From contig CAWANH010000001.1 in the NCBI GenBank assembly GCA_963783375.1, positions 64,001-128,000 on the forward strand: a stretch of 64,000 nucleotides of DNA, read 5' to 3'. Positions within the stretch are counted from its first letter, which is position 1; each line of letters starts with the position of its first letter. Below, in pieces: positions 9,439-19,829 of the stretch. A program made the translations under genes and the position numbers. Source of the DNA: Candidatus Eiseniibacteriota bacterium (GTDB taxonomy: Bacteria; Eisenbacteria; RBG-16-71-46; JABDJR01). The notes below the pieces were generated by a model. The model had not been told where the DNA came from. It did not search any database and worked only from the letters and a program-made list of their open reading frames with translations.

Positions 9439-10898
9439 CAGCGGGCGGCGCCCACCGCCTCCACCTGCGAACGCGCCATCTCCGGCTCCCCGGAAAGCTC
9501 GGGGAGCCGCGCGCTCCCCTCGGCGAAGCGTGCGATCACTTCCGCGCTTCCCGCGCACTCGGCCTCGAAGGCGTCGCGCACGAAATCCGGATCCAGGGCC
9601 TCGCCGGTCCGATAGAAGTTCCTCCGGTCGAAGAGCCGGCGAAGCGCGCGGTTCAGGGCGCGAGGGCCGCACCGCGAGGTCATCTCCCGGTCGAGCAGCA
9701 GACCCACCAGGAACCCCCGTGAGTAGACCAGCTGGTAGGTGTCCATCCGATCCATGTGACGGGCCGCGGCGGCCAGGGTCACGTTGGACGGCGCCTTGCG
9801 GGTTTCGCGCTCCTTACGCGCGGTGACCTCCCGAAGACCGGCGGGGCTCAAGACCCCCGCCTCGACCATGAACCGGTAGGAGAGGTACTCGGTCATCCCC
9901 TCCACCAGCCAGATCAGGTCGGGGGAGTTCTGGTAGGGCGGCTCCGGACCGCCGGTGAGCGCCCCTCCGAGGTAGAAGTGCAGGCACTCGTGGGAAGCGA
10001 GCTGGGTGAGCGACTGGGGATCCGCAAAGCGGTCCGGGCTGGCCACGCAGAGAAAGGCGCCCTCCTCGCTGTTGCCGCTCATCACGCTCCGCCCCGGCGG
10101 CGCGGGTCGGGTGCGGTAGACCGCGAGGACGGCGAGGGAGTCTCCCCGGGGCGGCGCCCCGAAGAAATCGACCATTCGCCCGAGCACCGGGAGAAGCCGG
10201 TTGGCGATGGTGAGGCCGGTGCGTCCGGGCGCCGAGGCCTCGGTGAGAACGGTCACCGTGACCGGACCCCGGGCGAGGCGGGTGGAGGCGAAGTCGCCCC
10301 CCGCCACCACCCCGCTCCAGAGATCGTGGGCGGTGCCGGGGCGGTAGGCGCCCCCCTCATCCGGCCAGGACGACCAGAGGGAGGAGCCGGGGAGCGGCTC
10401 GACGCGCACGGTGACATCCAGGGGCGCGTAGTGGTCGATCCGAAGGGGCAGGAGGAAGAGCGAGTAACCCAGAATGACCAGACGGGAGCGGTCGACGAAC
10501 GACGCCTCCGCGGAGACGTCGGGCTCGTAGGACCGCACGCGGTAGCGGAGGACGGCTTCCCGGGGGCTTCCGGCCAGATGCCAGCGGGCGGTGCCCGATT
10601 CGGTCTCGGCGGTGACGGCGATCGGGCGGCCGGAGGGGTCGGTGGCGGAGAGGCCCTCGACGTGTCCGGACTGGTCCTGGAGAAGACCCCAACCGTCCAG
10701 GAGCCGGAAACCGCGGTGCGCGCCGCCGAGGCCGGAAGCGTGAAGGACGACGTCGAACCCCTCGCCGGGCGCCGGCCGCACCCGGTATTCAAGCGCGACT
10801 CCCTGGTTCCCGGTTCCCGGGCGCCACAGGGAGGCCACGAGCCCCAGGGCCAGGACCGGGAGCAGGAACCGCAGATACGCTTTGCGAGGTCGGGTCAT
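9438..10898 (-). CDS. secreted zinc metallopeptidase (M61/M1-like gluzincin)
   Basis: HECLH (HExxH), WLVEGMTEY, YSRG; N-terminal signal/TM segment. Confidence 0.75.
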   Translation of the reverse strand: MTRPRKAYLRFLLPVLALGLVASLWRPGTGNQGVALEYRVRPAPGEGFDVVLHASGLGGAHRGFRLLDGWGLLQDQSGHVEGLSATDPSGRPIAVTAETESGTARWHLAGSPREAVLRYRVRSYEPDVSAEASFVDRSRLVILGYSLFLLPLRIDHYAPLDVTVRVEPLPGSSLWSSWPDEGGAYRPGTAHDLWSGVVAGGDFASTRLARGPVTVTVLTEASAPGRTGLTIANRLLPVLGRMVDFFGAPPRGDSLAVLAVYRTRPAPPGRSVMSGNSEEGAFLCVASPDRFADPQSLTQLASHECLHFYLGGALTGGPEPPYQNSPDLIWLVEGMTEYLSYRFMVEAGVLSPAGLREVTARKERETRKAPSNVTLAAAARHMDRMDTYQLVYSRGFLVGLLLDREMTSRCGPRALNRALRRLFDRRNFYRTGEALDPDFVRDAFEAECAGSAEVIARFAEGSARLPELSGEPEMARSQVEAVGAAR

Positions 10899-11111
10899 GG
10901 GCTCGGTCCGGCATCGAGGAAGCACGTGCCGGCGAGCCTCCGGAGACGGCGACCCGCGAGCGCGATCGGCTCGGTCCCCCGATAGGACGACCGGGCCGGG
11001 TGGTTTATAGTTCCAACATCGGCACGGGAGGACCGGGGCTTAGCCGCGGCGGCCCGCGGAGGAACGCGGGCGGGGGAAGCGGCGTTCACCCTTCGGACGG
11101 CCTGGAGATCC

Positions 11112-11315
11112 ATGAAGCTGGTACTGAACGGAAAACCCTTCGAGTCCGGACGGGCGTCGGCCACGGTGGCCGAACTCCTGTCCGATCTGAAGCTGGCCGG
11201 AGACCGGGTGGCGGTGGCGGTGAACTACGAGATCGTTCCCCGCACCCGTCACACGGAGCAAGCGCTGGCGGAGGGAGACCGGGTGGAAGTGATTCACGCG
11301 GTGGCGGGCGGTTGA
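11112..11315 (+). CDS. thiS: sulfur carrier protein ThiS
   Basis: 67 aa, [13 protein letters not shown]-terminal GG, upstream of thiG. Confidence 0.95.
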   Translation: MKLVLNGKPFESGRASATVAELLSDLKLAGDRVAVAVNYEIVPRTRHTEQALAEGDRVEVIHAVAGG

Positions 11316-11403
11316 GCCGGGGTGCGCACCCGTCGAGGCCTCGGCGGGACGGACACCGCGGCCCGGGCGATCCGGACCCCGCGGAGGGAGCGAAGAGGAA
11401 GCC

Positions 11404-12198
11404 ATGACCAAGACCAACGGTTCGGAAGAGAGATTGATCCTGGGGGACGTGAGCCTCCGGTCGCGGCTGCTGGCCGGAACGGGAAAGTACGCCGACGCCG
11501 CCGTCATGCGGGACGCGCTCCGGGAGAGCGGAGCGGAGATGGTGACCGTGGCCATCCGGCGGGTGGACCTCGAGGACCGGGGGAAGGAGAGCATCCTCGG
11601 CGTGCTGGAGGAGGGGGGCTACAAGATCCTCCCCAACACCGCCGGCTGCTTCACCGCGAAGGACGCGATCCTGACCGCTCAGCTCGCGCGCGAGGCCCTG
11701 GGCACGTCCATCGTGAAGCTGGAGGTGATCGGCGACCCGCGGACGCTGTTCCCCGACAACGAAGGTCTCCTGGAGGCGGCGCGGGTGCTGGTCGGAGAGG
11801 GGTTCACCGTGCTCCCCTACACCATCGACGACCCGGTGATCTGCCGGAAGCTGGAGGAGGCGGGGTGCGCGGCGGTCATGCCGCTGGCCGCGCCCATCGG
11901 AAGCGGCCTGGGGGTGCGGAACCCCTACAACATCCGGATCATCCTGGAGACGGTGAAGGTGCCGGTGATCGTGGACGCCGGGGTGGGAACCGCTTCCGAC
12001 GCCGCCCTGGCCATGGAGCTGGGGTGTCACGGCGTGCTCATGAACACCGGAATCGCCGGGGCCAAGGACCCGGTGCGGATGGCCCGGGCGATGCGCCTGG
12101 CGATCCAGGCCGGCCGCGACGCCTATCTCTCCGGCCGGATTCCGCGGAAGCTCTTCGCCACCGCGTCGAGTCCGCTGGAGGGCGTGATAGGCACGTGA
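11404..12198 (+). CDS. thiG: thiazole synthase
   Basis: [44 protein letters not shown]. Confidence 0.97.
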   Translation: MTKTNGSEERLILGDVSLRSRLLAGTGKYADAAVMRDALRESGAEMVTVAIRRVDLEDRGKESILGVLEEGGYKILPNTAGCFTAKDAILTAQLAREALGTSIVKLEVIGDPRTLFPDNEGLLEAARVLVGEGFTVLPYTIDDPVICRKLEEAGCAAVMPLAAPIGSGLGVRNPYNIRIILETVKVPVIVDAGVGTASDAALAMELGCHGVLMNTGIAGAKDPVRMARAMRLAIQAGRDAYLSGRIPRKLFATASSPLEGVIGT

Positions 12199-12848
12199 GG
12201 GGCGGTTTCCCTCCCGGGCTCCTTCTCATCACCGATCGCGGACAGGCGCGCCGGCCATTGGTCGAGGCCGCCGCCGCCGCGCTCGACGCCGGCTTCGCCG
12301 CGGTCATGCTCCGGGAGAAGGATCTGGAGGGGCGGCCGCTCCTGGAACTGGCCGCGCCCCTGGCCGCGCTCTGCGCCGCCCGCGGCCGGCCCTTCCTGGT
12401 GAACGACCGGATCGACGTGGCCCTGGCCCTGGACGACGCGGGAGCGCACCTGGGCCGGGAAGGGCTCCCGGTCGCCGCGGCGCGGCGACTCCTGGGGCCC
12501 GATCGTCTTCTGGGCTACTCCGCCCACGAGGTGGACGAGGCCGACGCCGCGCTGGCCGACGGCGCGGACTACACGATCCTGAGCCCGGTCTTCTCCAGCG
12601 CGAGCAAGCCGGGGCTTCGGGAACGCGGCCCGGAGTGGCTCGCCGAAGCGGCCGCCGCGCTCCCCGCGGGGCGGGTGGTCGGCCTGGGGGGGATCGAGAC
12701 TCCCGAGCGTGTGCGCGCGGTGAGACGGGCCGGGGCGGCGGGCGCCGCGGTCATGGGAGCGGTGATGCGGTCCGGGGATCCGTCGTCTTTGGCCGGGGCG
12801 ATGGCCGCGGCCTGGAAAGAGGCGGCGACCGGCTTGGAGTCCCCATGA
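12195..12848 (+). CDS. thiE: thiamine phosphate synthase (ThiE/TenI family)
   Basis: GTG overlaps thiG stop; [35 protein letters not shown]. Confidence 0.85.
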   Translation: MRGGFPPGLLLITDRGQARRPLVEAAAAALDAGFAAVMLREKDLEGRPLLELAAPLAALCAARGRPFLVNDRIDVALALDDAGAHLGREGLPVAAARRLLGPDRLLGYSAHEVDEADAALADGADYTILSPVFSSASKPGLRERGPEWLAEAAAALPAGRVVGLGGIETPERVRAVRRAGAAGAAVMGAVMRSGDPSSLAGAMAAAWKEAATGLESP

Positions 12849-14599
12849 ACGCCCGGCGCCACCGGCGGTGGATCCTGGGGGGGATCTTCCTCCTGGCTCT
12901 CGCCCTCCGCGCGGTTCCCCTCGGTTACGGTCTCCCCCACACCTACCGCTACGACGAGGGCCGCTACGTCGGGGCCGCCGCCCACCTCGCGAAGGAGTTC
13001 TTCCACCCCCAGGACTATCTCTACGGTCCCCTCTATCCGTCGGTGGTGGCGGTGGAGTACGGCGCGCTGTTCGCGGGGGGCATGATCGTCAAGGCCTGGC
13101 CGGGTGGCCCGGGCTTCGAGGCCGCCTACTACCGCGATCGGACGCCGTTCTTCCTGATCGCGCGGGGCACCTCCGCGGTGGCGGGGACGGGGGCGGTCCT
13201 GGCGCTCCTGGCCGCGGCCGCGGCCTGGCTCGCTTTCGGGAAACGCCCCGGGGGCGCGGAGGACCCTGCGGGGGGACTTCGGCCGGGCGCGGTTCTGGCC
13301 GCGGGGGGGCTCGCGCTCCTCCCGGTCGCGGTCAGGTTCGGGGCCGAGGCGCAGGCCGAGAGCCTGGTCCTCCTCCTGGTGTCGCTCTGGCTGCTCTTCG
13401 CCGGCCGGTTCGCGCGGAGCGGGCGCACCCGCCACGTCCTGGCCGCGGGCTTGATGCTGGGGCTGGCCGGGGCGGCCAAGTACAACGCCTTCACCTACCT
13501 GCCCTGGCAATTCGTCCTCCCCCTCCTCTTCCTCGGCCGGGCCCCGGGCGCAAGGAAGCGGCTCTGGGCGGCGGCGGTTGTCGGGCCGGTCCTGGGCCTG
13601 GCGATCGGGGCCCCGTGGGTCCTGGGGGAACTCCGAGCGCTCTGGGCGGGCCTCCAGTTCAACGCCACGGTAAGCTCCCAGACCGGTTCCATCCCGGCGG
13701 GGGTGGCGCGAAACCTCGTCGCCCTCTTCCTCGGTCCCGAGACCTCGGGGTTGGGCCCGGTCCTGGGGATCCTGGCCCTGGCCGGTACGGTCATCGCCGT
13801 TCGCCGCTGGGGGCGGACCGGAGGCTGGCTGGCCGGGGCGGGCTGGGGATTCGTCCTGGCCACCGCGATCGCCAACCGCGAGACTCCGGTGCCCCGCTAC
13901 CTCCTCCCCGCCTATCCACCGCTCCTCATCCTCGCCGGCGGCGCGCTCCAGGCCTTTCTGGGCGCCATGGAGGCCCGTCTCACGCGGGTCCCGGGCCTGT
14001 TGGCCTGGGCCACGGTGGCGGCGCTCCTGGTCCCCGCCACCGTGCGCTCGGTGTCCGCGGACGCGAGGCTCCTGCGCGAGGACACCCGCACCGCCGCCGC
14101 GCGCTGGATCGTGGATCATGTTCCCGGGGGAAGCGCCGTTCTCATGGAAGACCCGGTGGCCTCGCCGCCGCTCCGGCCCGGCGAGACCGCGGTGAGCCGC
14201 GACCCGAGAGGGGCGCGCCGGGCCGAGGCCCTCGCCGACGCCGGCGGGCCGGCCTACGACCTCTTCTGGCTCCCGGTGCCGTGGGGAATGGTGAGCCGCG
14301 GCGAAGCGGAAACCCTGGCCCGGCGGGGAGTCCACGTTCCCGGATTCGGGACCGGGGACGCGGAGCAGCTCACCCTCGCCTACTGGCGCGCCCGCGGGGT
14401 CGGCGTGGCGGTGGTCTCGTCCTTCGTCTACGATTCCCACTTTCGGGGCGAACCGGGCGATCCCCCGGCCTACCGGTCCTTCTACGCCGCGCTCTTCGAT
14501 CGGGGCCGGCTCCTCCACCGGGAGGATCCGGCCGAGGGAAACCGGCCGGGACCGGTGATCCTGGTCTACGATATCGGAGGGGACGGCGAAGCGCGCTGA
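12845..14599 (+). CDS. GT-C fold membrane glycosyltransferase (ArnT/GT39-like)
   Basis: ATG overlaps thiE stop; DE motif after the first TM, GLAGAAKY, RYLLP, DTRTAAARWI. Confidence 0.75.
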   Translation: MNARRHRRWILGGIFLLALALRAVPLGYGLPHTYRYDEGRYVGAAAHLAKEFFHPQDYLYGPLYPSVVAVEYGALFAGGMIVKAWPGGPGFEAAYYRDRTPFFLIARGTSAVAGTGAVLALLAAAAAWLAFGKRPGGAEDPAGGLRPGAVLAAGGLALLPVAVRFGAEAQAESLVLLLVSLWLLFAGRFARSGRTRHVLAAGLMLGLAGAAKYNAFTYLPWQFVLPLLFLGRAPGARKRLWAAAVVGPVLGLAIGAPWVLGELRALWAGLQFNATVSSQTGSIPAGVARNLVALFLGPETSGLGPVLGILALAGTVIAVRRWGRTGGWLAGAGWGFVLATAIANRETPVPRYLLPAYPPLLILAGGALQAFLGAMEARLTRVPGLLAWATVAALLVPATVRSVSADARLLREDTRTAAARWIVDHVPGGSAVLMEDPVASPPLRPGETAVSRDPRGARRAEALADAGGPAYDLFWLPVPWGMVSRGEAETLARRGVHVPGFGTGDAEQLTLAYWRARGVGVAVVSSFVYDSHFRGEPGDPPAYRSFYAALFDRGRLLHREDPAEGNRPGPVILVYDIGGDGEAR

Positions 14600-14621
14600 G
14601 GCCGGCCCCGGGGAGGCATCG

Positions 14622-15680
14622 ATGAAGCTTCACCCCATGTGGACCGCGACCTTCGTCCTGGGCCTCGCCGCCTGCTCGGGCGGCGGCTCCCGGAATCCGG
14701 TAGGGACGTCCGATCCCGGACCCGCCAACGCGACCGCGGGCGAGGTGACCCTCGAGCCCGACCTCACCGGGCGGAGCGTGTTCCCGCTCAGCAACTGGTG
14801 GAACCTCGACGTCGCCACCGCGCCGGTGGACCCGAACTCCGGCGCCTTCATCGACTGGATCAGCGGCCGCACCCCCCAGAATCCGAACGCGGTACGCCAC
14901 CTCCACCCCGATTTCGGTCCACCCCCCTACGGCATACCCTACGTGGGGGTGACCGGAGGCCAGCCTCTGGCGCCGGTGACCTTCACCCTGTACGGCGACG
15001 AGAGCGATGACGGGGCCCCGGGGCGGCCTCCCGGATATCCGATCCCCGACCAGGCCCGGCTCCTTCCCAACTACATCGAGGGCGGAACGGCCGGCGGGGG
15101 CGCAAGCGGAGACCGCCACCTCTTGATCGTGGACATCGACCGCTGGCTCCTCTTCGAGACCTACGCCACCGGTTGGAATTCGAATCTCGGCCGGTGGGAG
15201 GCGGGTTCCGGGGCGGCGTGGGACATGGGGCGAAACGATCGGCGGCCGGAGGGCTGGACGTCGGCCGACGCGGCGGGTCTGGCTATCCTCCCCGGCCTGG
15301 TGCGCTACGACGAGGTCGCGGCGGCGGACGGGATCCGCCACGCTTTCCGCTTCACCACCCGCGCCACCGACGGCCACGTCTGGCCCGCCTCGCACTCCGC
15401 CGGCTCCACCGCGGGGGCCCCGCCCCTCGGCGCCCGCCTGCGGCTCAAGGCTTCGGTGGATCTCTCCGGGTTTCCGCCGGAGGTCCGGAAGATCTTCCAG
15501 GCCATGAAGACCTACGGGCTGATCCTCGCCGATAACGGCAGCGACATGTACATCAGCGGGACCATGGACGACCGGTGGGACAACGACGTCCTGAACCCGG
15601 CCTTCGGGAGCCTCAGCGCCGACGACTTCGAGGTGATCGAGCTGGGGTGGAACGCCGTGGTGACGGGAGTGCCGGAGTAG
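14622..15680 (+). CDS. conserved hypothetical secreted lipoprotein
   Basis: Lipobox LAAC; FPLSNWWN, GDRHLL, TSADAAGLAILPGL, ALK/AMKTYGLILADNG patterns. Confidence 0.7.
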   Translation: MKLHPMWTATFVLGLAACSGGGSRNPVGTSDPGPANATAGEVTLEPDLTGRSVFPLSNWWNLDVATAPVDPNSGAFIDWISGRTPQNPNAVRHLHPDFGPPPYGIPYVGVTGGQPLAPVTFTLYGDESDDGAPGRPPGYPIPDQARLLPNYIEGGTAGGGASGDRHLLIVDIDRWLLFETYATGWNSNLGRWEAGSGAAWDMGRNDRRPEGWTSADAAGLAILPGLVRYDEVAAADGIRHAFRFTTRATDGHVWPASHSAGSTAGAPPLGARLRLKASVDLSGFPPEVRKIFQAMKTYGLILADNGSDMYISGTMDDRWDNDVLNPAFGSLSADDFEVIELGWNAVVTGVPE

Positions 15681-15865
15681 CTAGCCCGGATTATTCATGC
15701 CCCCCCTGCTGCGGCGGGCATCTGACCGCCAACTCGGGTGTCCTCGCGATCCACCTCCTCGACGTACCGCATCGGGTACGCCTGCGTCGGCGGATCACTG
15801 CGGTACCCGATCTGACGGCCATCTCCTCCGCCTCGCTACGCGGCTTCATGAATAACCCGGGCTAG
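15681..15865. mobile_element. MITE/REPIN-like non-autonomous element
   Basis: Ends CTAGCCCGGATTATTCATG and CATGAATAACCCGGGCTAG form a 19-bp inverted repeat with 1 mismatch, CTAG at both ends; nested internal palindrome; no transposase. Confidence 0.75.
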
Positions 15866-18351
15866 CGCCGGCGCCGCCGCTTGGTTCCCCGGCGGCCGTC
15901 TCCGGGCTTCGCCGCCCGTCCCCCTTCGGAGCCGGCCGGGGTCTTGGGACCTCCCCCGGCCTCCGCCTTGGACCGACTTCCGGACTTTCCCCCGGACTTC
16001 TTCGCGACCTTGGTCGCCGGCTTCACCGCGCTCTTCCCCCCGGAGGCGGTCTTCTTCTTCGAGCCCCGCTCCTCCCGGGCGCGCTCGTCCTTCCGGCCCG
16101 CGCGTTTCCGCCCCCCCTGCCTCCGCGATCCCTTCTCGTCCCGGCGGGAGCGGGGGCGCTCGGGCCGGGCCTTTCCCTCGAACTCGGCGCGGGCCTTGCG
16201 GGCACGGCGGGCGTCGGTCTCCTCGGGGGTTTCCTCCTCCCCCACCAGGACGAAGTCGATCTGGCGGAGTTCCTTGTTCACGGCCAGGACCTGAACCTTG
16301 ATCTGGTCGCCCAGGGTGAACCGCCGGCCGGTGTTGCTACCCATCAGCGCGAAGTCGTCCTCGAGGTACTCGTAGTAGTCGTCCCCCAGGTTGTTCACGT
16401 GCACCAGACCGCTCACGAAGTAGCGTTCCAGCTCCACGAAGAACCCGAACACCTGGACTCCGGTGATGACCCCGGCGAACTCCTCTCCCACGTGGCGCTC
16501 CATGAACTGGATCTTCTTGAGCTCCACCGAATCGCGCTCCGCGCTCTCCGCGAGCCGCTCCCGGTCGCTGGCCAGGACCGCGGTGTCGTCCAGCCACTCC
16601 GTGTAACGCGCCTTCCCGTGGATCGGCCGCTCCTGCTTCCCGGAAAGGACCCTCAGGGTCCGGTGGACCACCAGGTCCGGGTACCGGCGGATGGGCGAGG
16701 TGAAGTGGGTGTAGTCCTTGAGCGCAAGGCCGTAGTGGCCGAGGGGATGGATGTCGTAGCGGGCGCGGGCCAGGCTCCGGAGCACCAGGGTGTTCAGGAT
16801 CAGCTCCTCCGGCTTGTCCTCCACCGCCTTGAGGATCCTCTGCAGCTCCTTGGGGGGGACCTTGCCCTTCTTGTCGGCATGGAGCGAAAGGCCGAACTTC
16901 CCGATCATCTCCTGGAGCTCTTCCAGCTTCTTCTCGGCCGGATCCTCGTGGACCCGGTACATCGCGGGCATCCCGGAGTGGAGGAGATGCCGGGCCACGA
17001 TCTCGTTGGCCAGGAGCATGAACTCCTCCACCAGCCGGTGGCTCTCCAGGCGCACCACCTTGCGGATGTCCACCGGGTAGCCCTCGGCATCGAGTTCCAC
17101 CCGGCTCTCCGGCAGGTCGAAATCCAGCGCCCCCCGCTTCATCCGTTTCCCGTTCAGGACCTGGGCCATCTTCTGCAGCCGGCCCAGGAGTCCGCCAACC
17201 GGGGCCAGGCTCTTGCGCAGGGCGGCGTCACCGTCGAAGAATCCCTGGGCGTCCTCGTAGCTCAGGCGCCGGGTGGAACGGATCACCGTGTCCTCGATCC
17301 GGTAGTCGAGGATCTTGCCCCGGGGGGAAAGCCTCGCCATCATCGAGATCGCCAGACGATCCACGTCGGGGTTCAACGAGCAGAGGTGATTCGAGAGCTT
17401 TTCGGGGAGCATGGGGAGGACGCGGTCCACCAGGTAGACGCTGGTCCCCCGCGACCGGGCCTCCTGGTCCAGTGCGTCGCCGAAGCGGACGTAGTGGCTC
17501 ACGTCGGCGATGTGGACCCCCAGCTCGAACTCGCCGTCCGCGGTCTCCTCCAGGGAGAGCGCGTCGTCGAAGTCCTTGGCGCTGGCCGGATCGATGGTGA
17601 CGATCTTGGTCTTGCGGAGGTCCACCCGCCGGGAGATCTCCTCGGCGGGGACCTCGTCGGGGAGCCGGTTGGCCGCCGCCTCCACTTCCGGGGGAAACGC
17701 GGTGGGTAGCCCGTTGTGCTTGATGATGACCAGGACATCGAGGCCGGGGGCGCCGGGCATGCCGAGCACCTCGGTGATCCGTCCCACCGGGCCCGAGGTC
17801 GGCGTCCCCCAGTCCAGCACGTCCACCACCACCTTCTCGCCGTCCTGGCCCTCCCCCGCCTCGGTCAGGGGGATGAAGACGTCCTTGCGGAACTTGCGGT
17901 CGTCCGGGCGCACCATGACGAAGTGCTTGGTGCGCTGGACGGTCCCCACGAACTGGGCGCGCGCGCGCTCCAGGACCCGGACCACCTTGCCCTCGGGCCG
18001 GCCGCGGCGGGACTCCACCCGCACCACGACCTTGTCCCCGTGGTAGGCGTTTCCCAGCTCATCGGCGGGGACGTAGACGTCCTCCCCTGACTTCTCGGGG
18101 GCGAGAAACGCCGCCCCGCTCCGGATCACCGCGAGGTGGCCCACCACCAGGTTGATCCGGTCGGGCGGGGCGTACCGCCCGTGCTTGACCTGATACAGCT
18201 CTCCCACCGCCTGCAGGCCGTGGAGGAAGCTCTTGAAGTCGCGGTAGTCCTCGGTGGAGACGTCGAGCACCCGGGCCAGTTCCTTGGCCTTGAGCGGCCG
18301 GCCGGCCTTCCGTAGCGCCTCCAGGATCGGTTCCTTCAGGAAGTCGGCCAC
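15862..18351 (-). CDS. rnr: ribonuclease R
   Basis: TIDPASAKDFDDALS, HIADVSHYV, EEFMLLAN, HFTSPIRRYPDL, S1 domain, basic C-terminal tail. Confidence 0.97.
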   Translation of the reverse strand: MADFLKEPILEALRKAGRPLKAKELARVLDVSTEDYRDFKSFLHGLQAVGELYQVKHGRYAPPDRINLVVGHLAVIRSGAAFLAPEKSGEDVYVPADELGNAYHGDKVVVRVESRRGRPEGKVVRVLERARAQFVGTVQRTKHFVMVRPDDRKFRKDVFIPLTEAGEGQDGEKVVVDVLDWGTPTSGPVGRITEVLGMPGAPGLDVLVIIKHNGLPTAFPPEVEAAANRLPDEVPAEEISRRVDLRKTKIVTIDPASAKDFDDALSLEETADGEFELGVHIADVSHYVRFGDALDQEARSRGTSVYLVDRVLPMLPEKLSNHLCSLNPDVDRLAISMMARLSPRGKILDYRIEDTVIRSTRRLSYEDAQGFFDGDAALRKSLAPVGGLLGRLQKMAQVLNGKRMKRGALDFDLPESRVELDAEGYPVDIRKVVRLESHRLVEEFMLLANEIVARHLLHSGMPAMYRVHEDPAEKKLEELQEMIGKFGLSLHADKKGKVPPKELQRILKAVEDKPEELILNTLVLRSLARARYDIHPLGHYGLALKDYTHFTSPIRRYPDLVVHRTLRVLSGKQERPIHGKARYTEWLDDTAVLASDRERLAESAERDSVELKKIQFMERHVGEEFAGVITGVQVFGFFVELERYFVSGLVHVNNLGDDYYEYLEDDFALMGSNTGRRFTLGDQIKVQVLAVNKELRQIDFVLVGEEETPEETDARRARKARAEFEGKARPERPRSRRDEKGSRRQGGRKRAGRKDERAREERGSKKKTASGGKSAVKPATKVAKKSGGKSGSRSKAEAGGGPKTPAGSEGGRAAKPGDGRRGTKRRRRR

Positions 18352-18762
18352 CTACGCCCCTCCTCCCGTCCCGCTGAAGTGCTCATCCTTGCTCTTGAAC
18401 AGGACGTTGAAGCTGGTGAGCGACCCGTAGATGCGGGTCACGTACTGCTGGAGCTCCACCTTGTCCTCGTCGGTGAGCTTGGGGTGGGCGTTCACCTTGG
18501 CTTCGAGAACCCGCAACCGGTCCCGCACCATGACGATCTTGTGGAAGAAGCTCTCCAGCGGGATCTCCTTGGGCTTGGCGGTGGAGTCGCCGGGCTGGAG
18601 CACCAGGGTTCCTCCCTCCCAACGCCCCTCCAGCCGGGTCTCGGATATCCCCAGCTCCTGATCCAGGATCTCACGCAGGATCTCGCGGAGCTCGTCCACG
18701 TGCATGGTGGGGGTGAACTCGGAACTTCCGGGGGCGGGGCCCCGGTCGGAATTGTATTCCAT
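18352..18762 (-). CDS. conserved hypothetical protein
   Basis: ATG 18762 with AAGGAGG SD; FFHKIVMVRDRLRVLE..LQQYVTRIYGSLTSFNVLF; stop abuts the rnr start. Confidence 0.75.
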   Translation of the reverse strand: MEYNSDRGPAPGSSEFTPTMHVDELREILREILDQELGISETRLEGRWEGGTLVLQPGDSTAKPKEIPLESFFHKIVMVRDRLRVLEAKVNAHPKLTDEDKVELQQYVTRIYGSLTSFNVLFKSKDEHFSGTGGGA

Positions 18763-18848
18763 GATGTCGTCCTCCTTGGCGGCGCGCCGGTGTCGAGGGC
18801 GCGCCCTAATGATGCCGGGGGGATCGGCTTCCCGCGGCGCTCCGGGGG

Positions 18849-19703
18849 TCAGGGAAGCCCTGAACCCTTTGCGGGCGAAACCGGCTGAAGCACGGTGGTC
18901 TTGTCCACCTGCTGGCCCGACCCGATGAAAATGGATTGGGATTGGTCCACATAGAAATGGGCGGGGTCGTGAAACCGAACCGTGAGTCGGGTGTTCACCT
19001 GCGCGCCGCCCTGGACCGCCCCGGCGTTGTCGGTGCGGGTGAAGGGCTCCCCTACCGGGAGGTCTTCCAGGAAATAGTTGCCGTCGGTGTCGGTGACCGC
19101 GTTCAGGACCGCCGGGTTGGTGAAGGCCAGATCGAACACCACCGGTCCGGCCCGGTTGACCAGGATCCCCTGTTCGAGGGCGGCCTTCTGGCTCCCGGCG
19201 GGCAGATATACCCTCACCGTGTAGTACCCGTTGGGCATGGCCTCCCCGATGTCGTCCTCTCCGTTCCAGGTCAGCGCCTTGACCCCGGAGAGGGAGCCGT
19301 TCAGGAGGGTCCGGACCGTGGTGGGAACCCCGCCCAGGACCGACCAGATCTCGATCTTGGCCGTGGTATCCCGATCGGTCTGAACCCGAATGGTGACCGG
19401 ACGGCTCGCCAGGTCGTAGGCCGGGTTGGGGTAGGGGAAGTCGAGGGTCACCCCGGCCGCCGGCGCGGCGGCTCCCTCCGGCGCCGGCGAAGGCAACCCG
19501 GGAGGCCCGGATCCCGGCTTCCGGCTCACCCACTCGTACACCACCGCCACCTGGATCTCCCGGATCCCGGTCCCCGCCGGATCCACCGTCCGCCCGAAAA
19601 CGGCGGTGGTATTGCCGGAGGATGACGTCAGTCCCTGACACCCGCCCCCGAAGAGGGCGGCGAGAAGTCCGGCGGCCAAGAGAAACTTGCAGTATCGGTT
19701 CAT
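18849..19703 (-). CDS. lipoprotein with FlgD-Ig-like domain
   Basis: MNRYCKFLLAAGLLAALFGGGC signal; YPNP..VRTL..LTWNGEDDIGEAMPNGYY. Confidence 0.7.
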   Translation of the reverse strand: MNRYCKFLLAAGLLAALFGGGCQGLTSSSGNTTAVFGRTVDPAGTGIREIQVAVVYEWVSRKPGSGPPGLPSPAPEGAAAPAAGVTLDFPYPNPAYDLASRPVTIRVQTDRDTTAKIEIWSVLGGVPTTVRTLLNGSLSGVKALTWNGEDDIGEAMPNGYYTVRVYLPAGSQKAALEQGILVNRAGPVVFDLAFTNPAVLNAVTDTDGNYFLEDLPVGEPFTRTDNAGAVQGGAQVNTRLTVRFHDPAHFYVDQSQSIFIGSGQQVDKTTVLQPVSPAKGSGLP

Positions 19704-19829
19704 TTGTCCGCTGATCGTATCCCGCCCCGCGGGGGACGGCAACCCGTTCCGCTTGCCGGGGGAGGCCGGGGCCCGTAGCATGGGGCGGGTCTGAAACGGG
19801 TCGAGGCAGCGGGAGGAAGGAGGCAAGCG

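Noticed and set aside
10900-11111. Possible TPP riboswitch upstream of thiS
   Set aside because: Conserved aptamer motifs not found
11322-12848. Apparent 508-aa protein ending in ThiE
   Set aside because: The N-terminal part is an off-frame read of thiG; the real start is GTG 12195
15575-15865. 96-aa ORF ending FMNNPG
   Set aside because: Read-through of the MITE-like element and its inverted repeat
15862-16240. Lys/Arg-rich low-complexity segment as a separate histone H1-like gene
   Set aside because: It is the in-frame basic tail typical of RNase R
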